The translations under genes were made by a program, and so were the position numbers. A stretch of DNA of 64,000 nt, from assembly GCA_028534125.1 (NCBI GenBank), contig JAPYYK010000093.1, positions 1,054,001 to 1,118,000 on the forward strand. The letters are read 5' to 3'. Position 1 is the first letter of the stretch. Each line of letters starts with the position of its first letter. The notes beneath the pieces are model-generated. The model was not told the DNA's origin. It searched no databases and saw only the letters and a program-made list of their open reading frames with translations. Below are positions 50,763 through 62,420 of the stretch, piece after piece. The DNA is from Lama glama. Its lineage: Eukaryota.

Positions 50763-53739
50763 GTGGAAGTCATATTCAGCCCCATTCCATCCTTTCTCTT
50801 TGGAGCTGTGAACTTGATCTCCAGAGACCCTAAGGTTATCTAGTGGTCTTGGACCTCCAAGGAGCTGAGGAAAGATGGAGCCACACTTTTCCAAGACACA
50901 GGACCCCCCTTCCATACGCGAGGAAGAAGGGGTTTGTGGCTCCTATCCCAGCACCTCCCCAGGGGGCTGTTGGGATAGTAGCTGGATGGAAGGAACAGAG
51001 ATTGGGAGCTACTAGGATGGTTCTCAGGAATTTGACTACCCAAGGCACCCACAGCCATGCCCCAGCCAGGCCCACTGATTCCTAGACAGTATCCAAGAAG
51101 ACCCTTCCTAGGGGCTGAGGACGCTAGGCAGGTAGAGGGAGATAAGGTGGAGTAGGTGAGGAGAGGAGCCACAACTGCTGACTGAGGTTCCACAGCCCCA
51201 AGCTGGTCCCCCACTCAGGATTTGGCACCAGGGTGGCATTAAATGCTCTGGCATTGCCCCTTCGTGGGCTGAGGCTGAAGTCAACCCCATACCCACCCCC
51301 GACAACAACCTGTGGAGTCCATCTCTTCCTTGCTACAGAGGGCAATGTCCTGGAGGGATCAGAGGTTCTTCCAGCATCTCGTCCCCAAACTCTGCATCCC
51401 TCGGCTGCACCAGGCTCCTTGTCATCCACTACAGCTCCAGGCACTTCTCATTTATCTCCATCATCTTGGGGGTGGAGGCACCAGATTTGGTGTCAACCTT
51501 CACATGCATCCTCTCTGGGCTCCAGAACCAGGGCCTAGCCCAGGCAGGGCTTGGGGAACCTGCTTCCTGGGTGTGTAGGGTCCTTGGGTTCCTGGCCATC
51601 TAGACTCTGTCTGACAACCTGGATCCAAAGCGTTAAGCCTTTATGTGGGACCCTCAGAGATGGGCAGCCCATTGCCCTGGCAACAGTCTTGTTACTGGTC
51701 CATGAACAGGTCCTGCCTTACACTGTCCTGAGTGGCCCTGGGGACCTGAGCACTCATGGACCAGTAAAGAAAGCAGCTAAGACCTTGGGTCCCAGGCAGG
51801 GCTTGGTGAGGTGCCTCCTCCTTTGGGCTCCCAACGCCTAGGGGAGACAGATGACAAACAAATGAACCAACAAACAAGGTATATTTAGGCTCTAAAGGAA
51901 ACAAACCTGGAAACAAACCAGGACTGTATGTATATACATTGGCAGGGACAGCTTCAGATGGGCAATCAAGGAGAGGAGGGCACCGAAGCATCTGAATGTC
52001 AGGGGTTGCTGGCCACATGCACTTGGGTCGGGGTGTTCCAGGTGGAATAGGAACAACAACAGGAAAAGTAAAGTTCTAGAGGCTTCTTGGAGAAACAGCC
52101 AGGCGGCCAGTGTGGCAGGAGGAGAGTGACAAGGGCAAGGAGATTCCAGGCCAGAAGAGAGGGCCTGGCCTCCCTGGGTAGAGACGAGTTTCTAGCAGCC
52201 CAGAAAGACCACCAGGGCAGACATGGGAATGAATGAATGAATGAATGAACAAAGAACAAATGAGACCTGGAGCCAGCCTCTAGCAGCCAGCCCTCACCCT
52301 GAGGTATTCATGAGGAGGTTTTGGTCTCCTTGACAAAAGCACCCAGGAAAACCCACTTCCTGCCCAGGTGGGGGCTTGGCCCAGGGCACGTGAGGGCTCA
52401 CCAGGGCTTCAGCTTCCACACCTGTGACAGGGTGGGGCCAGCCCCTCTGTCCCCCAAACCCTCAGCCCCCATGGAGGTGGTAGGTAGCCTTGGTAGGCTG
52501 TGGACAGCTGGGCTCCTGCTACCCAGGCAGATCCACTGCAGGAGCCCTCCCTGACTTCCTGGCCCAGCCCTGAGTCATCCGTCAGGCCCAAGGCTGCCTC
52601 ACCCAGCCCTGACCCCCACCCAGGACAGGGACCATTTATCTCCATCACCTGCTCCCAGCAGCCAGGCTATCAGCCAACAGGGCCTATCTTCATCCCACAG
52701 CATTGACACTGAGTACCTTTCCTGACTCTTAGTCTCATCAGCTGGACTCCCCCAGAGAGGAGGTTGCCTCAGGCAGGTCCCTGCACAGTTCTACCTGGGC
52801 CTAGAAGCGGCACCCCTTCCCACCAAGCCCCTGGGAGACCCAACTTCAAACAGCTCAGGACAAATGCACCCGAGACATCTGTGAGTGCCCACAGTGCGCC
52901 CACGTGGGTCGGGTACTGGGCACAGCACTGCAAGCAAGGCCAGGGCCCCACCCCCACCCACGCAGAGCTGTGTTCCCCTGGCCAGGAGGGACTTGGGTTC
53001 CAGGCCCGGGCCCACAACCAGTGCAAATTCAGGGAGCCTCAGGCCTGGTCTCCTCTAGCTTGGGGTCCAGGAACCCAGGGGCCTCCATAAGGGGCCTGCC
53101 TCATCCTGCCTCAGAGGCTGAGGACAGAGGTGTCCTCAGAATCTACTGCTGAGAATGACAGTGTGCGGCGCAGGGCTCTTCCCTCACTTGGCAATGGGCG
53201 CAGCCTGGATGGTACGGGCATGTCTTCACCTGCCCCAGGTGAGAGGCCACAGGCACCAGGCAGAATATGGGGATCTGAGAGACCTGTGTGGCTGTGAGTG
53301 TGTGAGGACATTGCTGTGGACACATATGTGAAGGGTCGCCAGGGTCCATCAGGGTAGGGACAGTCCCTGCTGCCGCCATGGGCTGGCATACGCCTGCCAG
53401 GGTGTGAGGATGTCAGGGTGGCATGCAGAGGACGGGCCACAGCCATGACTTGTCATCTTTGATTGGGGGTGGGCCCTGAGCTCAGGGGATCTTCCATGCT
53501 GCCCTGCCTGGGGCCAGGGGCCTGGGCCTTTTTCATCACTCACAAAGGGCACAGGGGTCCCATGAAGTGGGATCACTCTTCTCTCTCCTCCCTTCTCATT
53601 AGGGCAGCTTCTCTTCTTCCCGAGTTTCCACCCACAGGCCCAGGACAGGCCCTTGGAGCCCCTAATCCCTGCGCTCCCATCAGTGGAGCGTGTCTTTCTC
53701 CCCAACCTTATCTGTCTCCTGCAGCCATCGCTGCCTCCC

Positions 53740-53960
53740 CTGCGGCCAGCCTCCCCCTCCCTCCAGCCTCTCTGCAGGTCAGGTTGGTGCGTCCTCCTCT
53801 CCTCCTCTTCCCTCCCTCCTCCTCTCTCCCTACACCTTCCTCCTCCTTCCCTCTCTCCTCCCCCGTTCCCCGCCTCCTTTCCCTCCTCCCTATCTTCCCC
53901 CAATCTCTTCCTCTCCCTCCTCCCTTCTCTTTTCTCCCTCCCCTTCCTTCTTCCTCTCCC
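53740..53960. repeat. Polypyrimidine/polypurine low-complexity tract
   Basis: About 200 nt, largely C/T on the + strand. Confidence 0.85.
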
Positions 53961-54419
53961 TGCCACGCCCACCCTTAGGGAGAAAAAGGAGTTGAAGGGG
54001 CTGTGGACAGTGGCCATTGTACTCACTCTTCCAAGGTCAGTTTTCAAGGCCACTGGACAAAGACCCCTTTGGCCACTTCCCTCCCAAGGGGAAGAACAGC
54101 TAATGACACCCCACAAAGAGAAGCCCCTGGAGGCCGTTTGACAGTGGAGATAGAAGGGCCTAGTAAGGAGCCCATTACCAGATGCAAATATGAGCTGTGG
54201 CCTGGAAGGGTTCGCATCCCAGCCCCAGCAGGCTACATGCTCCCTGCAATCTGGAGTCCGAGCCTCAGGAAATCCTCAGGGGGAGGCTTTGTCCTCCTGA
54301 AAGAACACCGTGCACTGAATACCGCAGTCTGTGAGCTTGGGGCCAGCATGCAGCTTTCTTGGCCTCGGGCTTTCAGCCTTCCCTTCTGTATCAGAGGTGT
54401 AGGGTGTCAGCCAGCCTTG

Positions 54420-54580
54420 TTGATGACCTGACCCAGGGTCAGTTCTCACCTCAGCCACTTCTGTTGTGAGCTTACTCGCAAGTGAGTTGCTTAAACTCTC
54501 AACGTCTCACTTTCTGCATCTGCAAAATGGGATCATGAGGCACCTCTGCTTCAGGGCCTGTGAGGACCTGAGGAACTGCC
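54420..54580. mobile_element. MIR SINE fragment
   Basis: gttgcttaaactctc...ctttctgcatctgcaaaatgggatcatga. Confidence 0.65.
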
Positions 54581-55410
54581 TGGCTTGTGGACTTCTCCCA
54601 TAAAGGGCAAGACCAGAGTATCACAGCTGAGTGTGGCAAGATGAGCCTGGGCTAGTGGTGAGCAAAAAGGACACTCTGCCCCCCGCCCAGACTCCTGTCT
54701 GGTCCAGAGAAGAGATGCAACTGAGATTTATCCCTGAGCCTGCAAAACAGCCGAGGAACACTGGAGGAGATTAGGCAAGCTGGGTGTGACTGGGGAAGGG
54801 CACTCCCTGAGGACCTCGTTCTTTGTCCATGAGAGGAGCGGGATGCAAGATGTGCAGGCAGGGACAGGGTGACTAGGACAGTGACAAGGACCAGATGCAA
54901 CAGTGATGTGAAAGCCTTGCACAGAATAGGTGCTCAGTGAGGCCTCATTTTCCTCTGAGTTCTGCCTCCTCCAGTGCTGAGCATCAGCTCAGGGCAAGTC
55001 AGAGCCCAGGTGCTGCCCAGGACAGGTTGAGAGAGGGCGAGGGACAGTGCACCCCAGCTCAGGCTTAGAGAGAAGGCGCCTGTAGAGGGATCTCAGAGTG
55101 TCTGCCCTGGGGGCTCCCCTAGAGTGATGGGCACCTCTACAGACACATAGACAGACTAATGGATGGAGATGGAGAGCCTCTCCTCCTCTGTCCTTGTGTC
55201 CAGGGACCACTTGAGGAGATCTGGCTGGAGTGGTCTGTTGAGGCTTGATCATGGTGGCCTTGAGTGCCAGGCTCAGGAGAGATGGTTATAACCACTGTTG
55301 GCTGCAGCACAGTAAGCTAGTGGGTGTGTGTGTGGGGGAGGCCACACGGCCAACCATGTGGGATGTGGGGACATGGCTGCGTGTGTTTATGCATGAGGAG
55401 ACTCAGCAAG

Positions 55411-55449
<39 letters not shown>

Positions 55450-55451
55450 CA
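55411..55451. repeat. (TG)n(CG)n alternating tract
   Basis: Directly visible. Confidence 0.9.
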
Positions 55452-56141
55452 GTCCTCTCCTGTTGCCCTGGCCTCTCCAGGAAGCGTACCTACACTGCTG
55501 TGCCCCCAGGTGGGCAGGCAGGTGTCCACCCAGGCACTGAGACATCCCAGCTGTCCACCTGCGCACCACCTCAGCCATCTCTGCTAATGGGCCATGTGGA
55601 CCATGAGCACATCAGGTCATTAAACAGCTGATCAGTTCAACTTAACTTCTTGGAGGAAAGCAGCTGTACTCGGCTGAGGGACAGCAGGGCTGCAGGAGAT
55701 GGAGGCAGGGTGGGGAGGGGCTGGGGAGTTGGCAGGGCAGGGTGGGAGGGGGTGGCTGCCAGAGACAGCTGTGGAATGCTCCCTGGGGACAAGAGAGAAG
55801 CTGAGGGAAGGGGAAAGGAACTATGACCGAGGTCACAGACCAGAGGGCCAGGACAGGACTGGGTGGTGGCATAGAGAATGGAAAGCATGGAAAGGAGGCC
55901 CAAGGAGGGCAGGAGGACACACTTGTGTCCTCTCAGCTTCCCAGGGGTCCTCCCCTGGCGGGGCAGGGCCAGCCATCAGGACACAGACATACCACCCAGC
56001 TTCCAGGATGCTCCACGACCTACTCCATGGGCAATGCTGGTCCTAGGCTCTGCCCCAGGTGCCCGGGGGGTCTTTTTGACCTACCACATCTTGCACACAG
56101 AAGAACTGGCCCCATGTGTGAAAGCCCCTATCACTAGAAAG

Positions 56142-56230
56142 TCATTCATTCATTCATTCATTCATTCATTCAGTGATATGCCCTGAGCACCCACTAAGCA
56201 CCAGATTCCGGGTTTGGCAAGACAGATACT
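56142..56230. mobile_element. (TCAT)n tract marking an L2 3' end
   Basis: tcattcattcattc... followed by ctgagcacccactaagcacca. Confidence 0.6.
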
Positions 56231-56559
56231 GGGAGGAGGGGTTGGTGGAGGGAGCAATGGAGATGATGTGAGTAGCAGAGCATAGGGCAACTTAACATGA
56301 ACATACATGTGTGATCTTGGCCAAGTCCCTGCCTCAATTTCCCCAACTGTAACATGAGGGGCTCCCCATCACTTATGTGCACTAAGCGGGATGCCATAGT
56401 GAAAAAGACAGCCTAGTTCCTGCCTCTGGGTTTACAGCCTAGAGGGGGCCAGAAAATAAGAGGGTCAGCCCTCAAGGAATTAATCAAGGAAAGGGGAGTT
56501 AAGACCCTGTTTATGCTCAGTAGAGGTGGGGCCGGCTCAGCTGTGCACTCCCAGTTGTC

Positions 56560-56940
56560 CCTGGGGAATCCCTGACTCCATCATTCTCTCTCCATGGTCT
56601 GGGGATAAACATATGCCCCCCCCCATCTCTCTGGTTTGACACAGGCCTGGCCATTTAGCTTCCTTCATCTCTAGGACTATAGTGAATTTCTGGGATGGGC
56701 ATGTGATCTATTTGATGCTAGGGCTTCTGCTAGGGGCAGGTATGAGGTATATAGAGAGGGAACGACATGGGAGGGCCTGACTGGACATGAAGTTTACACT
56801 CAAAGAAGTACAAGATAGAGAGGCTGTGTTCTGGTAATAATGTTTGAGTACCTGTATCCAGCCATACCTGAATCTCATGATCTGGACTCTTCAGTTACTT
56901 GTGCCAATAAATTGTTTTGAGACTGGAGGAGCATGAGTCA
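56560..56940 (+). mobile_element. Old MaLR LTR (MLT1J/K/L-like)
   Basis: gggatgggcatgtgatc...tttgagtacctgtatccagccatacctgaa...ggactcttcagttac...ccaataaatt. Confidence 0.6.
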
Positions 56941-57732
56941 TAGTTTCTGCCTCCTAATTCATGACCTGAAGGGTGAGAGTACCCTCTATGCTTGGTCGGG
57001 TCAAGTAAGAGGAAAAAATTTTTCTCAGCAGAGAGAATAGCATGAGCAAAGGCCCTGGGGTTAAGAAAAGCTTGCCACGTGATCTGCCTGATGGGGTCTT
57101 TGGTGGCCTTGGCCTGAGCCATTTCCAGAGTGTAGAAGGGCTGCAGCCAGAGCTGGGGCAGGGGAGAAAAATGGGGATGGGAAGCGCGGCTGAGACTGTA
57201 GACATCTGGACTCGGAGGAGGGTATTGGAGAGGCTCAGCCTGCACCTTCTGGGCATCAGATCCATAGACTGTCTGCATCCTTCTCCATCCCCCACCTCTG
57301 ATGGAACCGACGAGTCAGTCAGTAAGGGTTTACTGAGCCCTCTTCTCCACCTCCACTGCCGTGCCATTCGGGACGAGGGACAGGAGACATAAGACCAGCC
57401 AGGAGGGGCCAGGAAATGGCACAGAGAGCACGTGGAGGCTCAGGGGAGTGACGGGGCTCAGGGGAGGCTCCAGGTCCATCCTAGACTGTGTGGCAAGAGC
57501 TGTCAAGGTGAAGGGGGGCCATTCCAACACAGGGGACCAAGAAGAGAGGAGGTGAGTGGTCAGCCTGAAGGCAGGACCCAAGAGACACTAGGAGGCAAAG
57601 CGGGGTCTAGACTTTCCTTAGAGACCTTGGTATCCTTCTCTCTTCTGTGAGATGAGGGCGCCCCTGGGGCTCCTAGGTGTGGGGTGGGAGACCCAAGCCT
57701 CCTGAATCAGAGCTCTCCCAAGTCCCACCCCA

Positions 57733-57984
57733 NNNNNNNNNNNNNNNNNNNNNNNNNNNNNNNNNNNNNNNNNNNNNNNNNNNNNNNNNNNNNNNNNNNN
57801 NNNNNNNNNNNNNNNNNNNNNNNNNNNNNNNNNNNNNNNNNNNNNNNNNNNNNNNNNNNNNNNNNNNNNNNNNNNNNNNNNNNNNNNNNNNNNNNNNNNN
57901 NNNNNNNNNNNNNNNNNNNNNNNNNNNNNNNNNNNNNNNNNNNNNNNNNNNNNNNNNNNNNNNNNNNNNNNNNNNNNNNNNNNN
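57733..57984. other. Assembly gap (N run)
   Basis: N characters. Confidence 1.
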
Positions 57985-59469
57985 TGGAGGACTGTGACTT
58001 CACCACCGCTGCCTTGTTGGTGGGGACACTAAGGGGGCAATATCTGTCCCCCACGCAAGGCTTGTGCCTCGGTTTCCTGGCCTCCTTCTCGGCACCCCCA
58101 GCACTTTTGCTTGGCCTCCCTGCCTCCAAGAGTCCCCACCAGCCCATACCCTCTCCCTCCTGGCCCCTCCATTCAGGCTCCTCTGCAGTGCATAGAGGAA
58201 GATTGAGTCCCACGGCCCCCAGACAACACGAGGCCTGGTTCAGGGGAGCAGGCCGAGTGCTTCATCACAAAGTCCTGACACTGTAAAAATTAGGTTTCCG
58301 ATGTCATTAGTGCTTTGTGATCAGCTCCATTTGTATCGTGCCCGCCCTGTTGCCTCATCTCTGCTAATTGTTTTCACTCACTCCTTCCATTTTTAAACTG
58401 CTGTCTTGTTGGCTTTTAATTTTTAATTATTGCTGCCTCCCCTTCTTTCCTAATTGGTCCAGGCCCCTACGGAGGCTCCCTGTGCTGTGGCTGCAGCTGG
58501 CTTCCTCCGAGTGGCCGAGGCTTGCCCACCGCCTGCCCCAGTCGGCCCTGGGTAGTCACAGCCTTGCTCCAGAGGCCGGCTGCACAGCTGGCTCTTGGTG
58601 CAGAGAAGGCATTGTGATCCAAGTCCATCTTCCAAATGCACACTGGGCACCAGCTAACTGTGCAGGGCTGTGGGTGCTGTGATCCCTGGGGGATGTGAAT
58701 GACCGGATCCACCTGAGAACTGCCTTTGTCCTGTTGTGGGACAGCAGCCTGTGGTTGGTGGGGATGCAACTACCTACCTCCTCTCCCACTTCCCAACCAC
58801 TCACTACCCAACCCTGCTTTCCTCAGGGGCCTGCACCTCTGAGATTTACTGTAATAGGATGTCAGTCTCCTCCCTGACTGCCCAAAGGCCAGAGGTCACT
58901 CTCAGCCTCACCTCTGATCCACTGTCCACACAAGTACTTCTGCCTGGGCTGCCCTTCCTCCTCTTGGCTCTGCTGAATCCTGTTCAGTGCTCTCTCTCTC
59001 TGTCAGTTCATTGGTCTGTCCATTTGTTTATCCATCTGTCCATTGTCTACCCATCTATCTGTGCCTCTCTCAATCTACCCATCTGTCTCCCTGTCTGCCT
59101 ATTTGCCAGCCTGTCAGTGTCTCCTAGTCTGATTTTTTTGCCCCTCTGTCTGCCCAAGCCCCTCTTTGCATCTGCCCTAATCTAAGTCCTTCCCTGGGTG
59201 TCTGCCCACAAGGCTTCTGGTTTTCCCTTCTCTGTAAGGCACAACTCTGTAGAGGCCCCTCCCACATTTTGCTCGGTCACAGACAAGCCAGAGCCAAGTT
59301 CCTGGGGAGTTTCAAAACTGAATCTGACCTCCATTTCCCCCAGCCTATGTCACGTATGTTTCTGCCTCCAGGCCTTTGCTCCCAGCAGGTGTGCCTGCCA
59401 GATGTGCCCTCTCTTCCTCTTGACCCACTCAATGACTGTAGGCACCCCCCCAACCTAGACTTGGTAGGC

Positions 59470-59620
59470 CTGGGCCCTATTCTAGGTCTCCTTCTCTCTT
59501 GCTATGTGCCTTGGGCAAGATCCTTCCTTTCTCTAAGCTCCCACTTTCTCATCTGTAAAATGGGAGCAAACCATAGTTTCTGCATGACCCCTCACAGGGC
59601 TACTGTGAGGCTCACAGGGG
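59470..59620. mobile_element. MIR SINE fragment
   Basis: gctatgtgccttgggcaagatcc...ctctaagctcccactttctcatctgtaaaatggg. Confidence 0.7.
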
Positions 59621-60599
59621 TTCTGGGTGAATGTGTAACCGTATACCCAGTGGGCAGGGAGGCCAGGGGCCCAGTTTTTCCCCACCCTTTGGGACTTTTC
59701 ACCCAAACCCACATTTCCCATCTCTGAGCCCTCTGAGTTCTCCATCAATGGAGTCCTTACTGGGTTTCAGGAGCTGAGCTTCCTCATGCCATTTGATCCC
59801 CAGCACAACCTTATGAAGTAGGGACCACCAGCAGCTCCAGAGAGGGAAGAGATGAGCCCAAGATCCCACAGCTACTAAGGGCAGTGTAATTTGATCTCAG
59901 GGATGTAGCAGCTTGTCTTGGGGTGGGTCATTGGATGCTGGCAAGCCTGGTACTCCTAAAGGTTGGGATGGGCAGCCCCAGCCTTGGTCAGTAATATTAG
60001 CTCACCTTGGTGCTGGACCCATGTTCCAGATGGAGACAGTGAGGCCCAGAAAAGGAAGAAACTGACAAGGTCACATGTGAATCCTGGTCTAGCAGGCGCT
60101 CCGTCTGCCAGGCTCCCCTGCTCCCTGGTGGCAGGGAGATGGCCCCCCTACTGCAGGGGGAGGGCTGGCCTGGGGAATGTGTGGATCAGGCTGTACTCAC
60201 AGGTGACTGAGGTCTTCTCATGCCCAGTTATCCCTCCTCCCTGCCCTGGTCTGTTTGCTTCTTCAGTGGTGTGAAGGGGAGGGCAGGGCTAGGATGGAAA
60301 GGAACCACATCACTTGTCTTGCTCAGCGTCCCCCATGCCAAGCGCCCAGCATAGGGCCTGGTTCAGAGCAGGTGCTCTGACACCTTTGGTGGCTGAATGC
60401 ATGAAAGGAAGAAGGAATAAACGTCCCAGCCCCACTTAGCCCCAACTGAATGCAGCCCCAGGCACCAATGGGAGCTTCATCCAGAAGCACCTGGACTTCA
60501 AAGGAGGATCTGGAGGTGAGGCACTGCTGATGGAATTGCGGACGGAAAAGACTTGGGAGGCGACTGGAACCAATTGGCGTCCTGGTACCCCTGCTACCA

Positions 60600-61300
60600 G
60601 TCCTCGCAGCAGTCTCAGACGACTCAGACTCCTGGGCGGCTCTGTTGGCCTGACATGTGCCCCGACCCCGTCCCCGTGTCCCAGACGTCGGTATCTTGCG
60701 GGCAGCGGGCAGTGGTGCGGGGGCAGCCGGGGTCGCCGCAGAGGAGGGCAGTGCCACCTAGCCGGATGCACATGCGCGGAGCAGCCGCCNNNNNNNNNNN
60801 NNNNNNNNNNNNNNNNNNNNNNNNNNNNNNNNNNNNNNNNNNNNNNNNNNNNNNNNNNNNNNNNNNNNNNNNNNNNNNNNNNNNNNNNNNNNNNNNNNNN
60901 NNNNNNNNNNNNNNNNNNNNNNNNNNNNNAGTCTATTTCCAAGCCGGAGAGGGGTTCGTAAACAGCACAGGCCATTGCGGAGGAAGCACCGCGGGCCGTA
61001 AAACTCCCCCGAGCGAGCGAGCGGAGGAATGTTCGCTCAGCAGCGAGCGCCGCAGCTAACGCGGCGGCGCGGGGCGCCGACAGCGACGCCGGGCTGCTCA
61101 CTCAGGCTGAGGGTGGGGGAAAGGCGCGGCAGCAGCCTTGCAAAGCCACAGCCAGGTAGCTCACGTTCGCCACGCTGCTCCCCTTAATCCCTTGCATGCC
61201 CCCCACCCCCGGCGTGGGTTGCATCTGATCCCCGTCCTCGGCCTGCGGAGACCTGCGTGGTGGGCCCTCGCTCACTGAGTCGCGCCTCGTGGCTCCAGAC
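60600..61300. promoter_or_regulatory. Orphan CpG island (interrupted by an N gap)
   Basis: Dense CpG (gcggcggcgcggggcgccga etc.); no recognisable coding exon. Confidence 0.7.
60790..60929. other. Assembly gap (N run) inside the CpG island
   Basis: N characters. Confidence 1.
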
Positions 61301-62289
61301 ACCCTCACTGTCTAGGGCTTAGGCTGTTCCCAGGAGAGTTAGGGCTGGCTTCCTGGAGGAAGGGCATTTGAGCTGGGCTTTGAATCATGTGGAGAACTCC
61401 AGATTAGGAAGGGAAGGAATGATGATCTGGGGTGGGGAACTGCTTACGCAAAGGTCAGGGGTTATTTGGGAGGTAGCCACAGGCTCTAAAGAGATGGATG
61501 CAGGCAGGGATGGGGAACTTTTGTTTCAGAGGGGGTGTCTGAGAGACGGGGAGAGGCTGAGGATGGGAGAGTGGAATTGAGGTGGGGGCTGGCGTCCAGG
61601 TAGTTGAAGGGGCCTCATCTCACCCTCAGGTCAGGCTGCACTGGCTCCAAAAGATCCAGAGAAAAAGTAGAGAATCAGAGAGGGACTGTCTGAATCCTGT
61701 CTGAACAGATGGGAGGCTGAAATCAGAGTAGTTCCTGTTCCAGTAGTTCTGGCCCCTCCTGGTGAGCCAGACTGTTTGAACCACCTCTCTAGATGGCCAG
61801 GCCGCTGCCCTGCCTCTGTATCCCGCGGGGCCCCTGGGGGCTGGCGTTCTGTTATTCCAGAGAGCAGGGCGCGTGGGATGGAGCCTTTTGTACTGTCCAT
61901 TCATCAAGGCCCGGTGGACCGCTCTGGGAAGTATTGAATTTTGGCTTAAGATGGATGGCACAACTGGAGTCTCCTTTACAAATGAATTATATTTTGTTTA
62001 CCATTTGTGTGTGTGCGTGTGTGTGAGCATGTGCGAGTACCAGCTGGGGGTGTGGATTTAAGGGGCACACTCCTGTGGGTGGGCATGCATGTTTAGGAGT
62101 GTATGCATGGAGAGGAAGTGGTGGCTGGGGTGCAGGCAACTCTTGGAAGGAGTTTGATAGAGAAGAAAAAATCCTCGAGGGTGGGGCCAGGGAGGGTGAG
62201 CAGGGAAGGCAGCAGCTTTATTGTTGCTGTTTAATATTATATTGGTACAGGATTCTGTTCCCTGCACTAAGTTCCTTCCAGGTGAGTCT

Positions 62290-62420
62290 TTCAGCTTCAT
62301 AAGATCATGTGAGGGTATGAGGTCAGATGTGTTATCATCCCCATTTGCCGAGGAAATGGAGGATCAGAGAGGTGAAGTGACTTGCCTGAAGTCATACAGC
62401 AATATCCTGGAGCTGGTACT
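62290..62420. mobile_element. MIR SINE fragment
   Basis: ttatcatccccatttgccgaggaaatggaggatcagagaggtgaagtgacttgcctgaagtcatacagc. Confidence 0.75.

Noticed and set aside
53349-54141. 255-aa, 171-aa and 162-aa ORFs
   Set aside because: Products of the C/T low-complexity tract, giving biased R/E/G or P/S/L composition with no domain
57677-58286. ORFs spanning N gaps (also 3166-3510)
   Set aside because: Open only because N codons contain no stops
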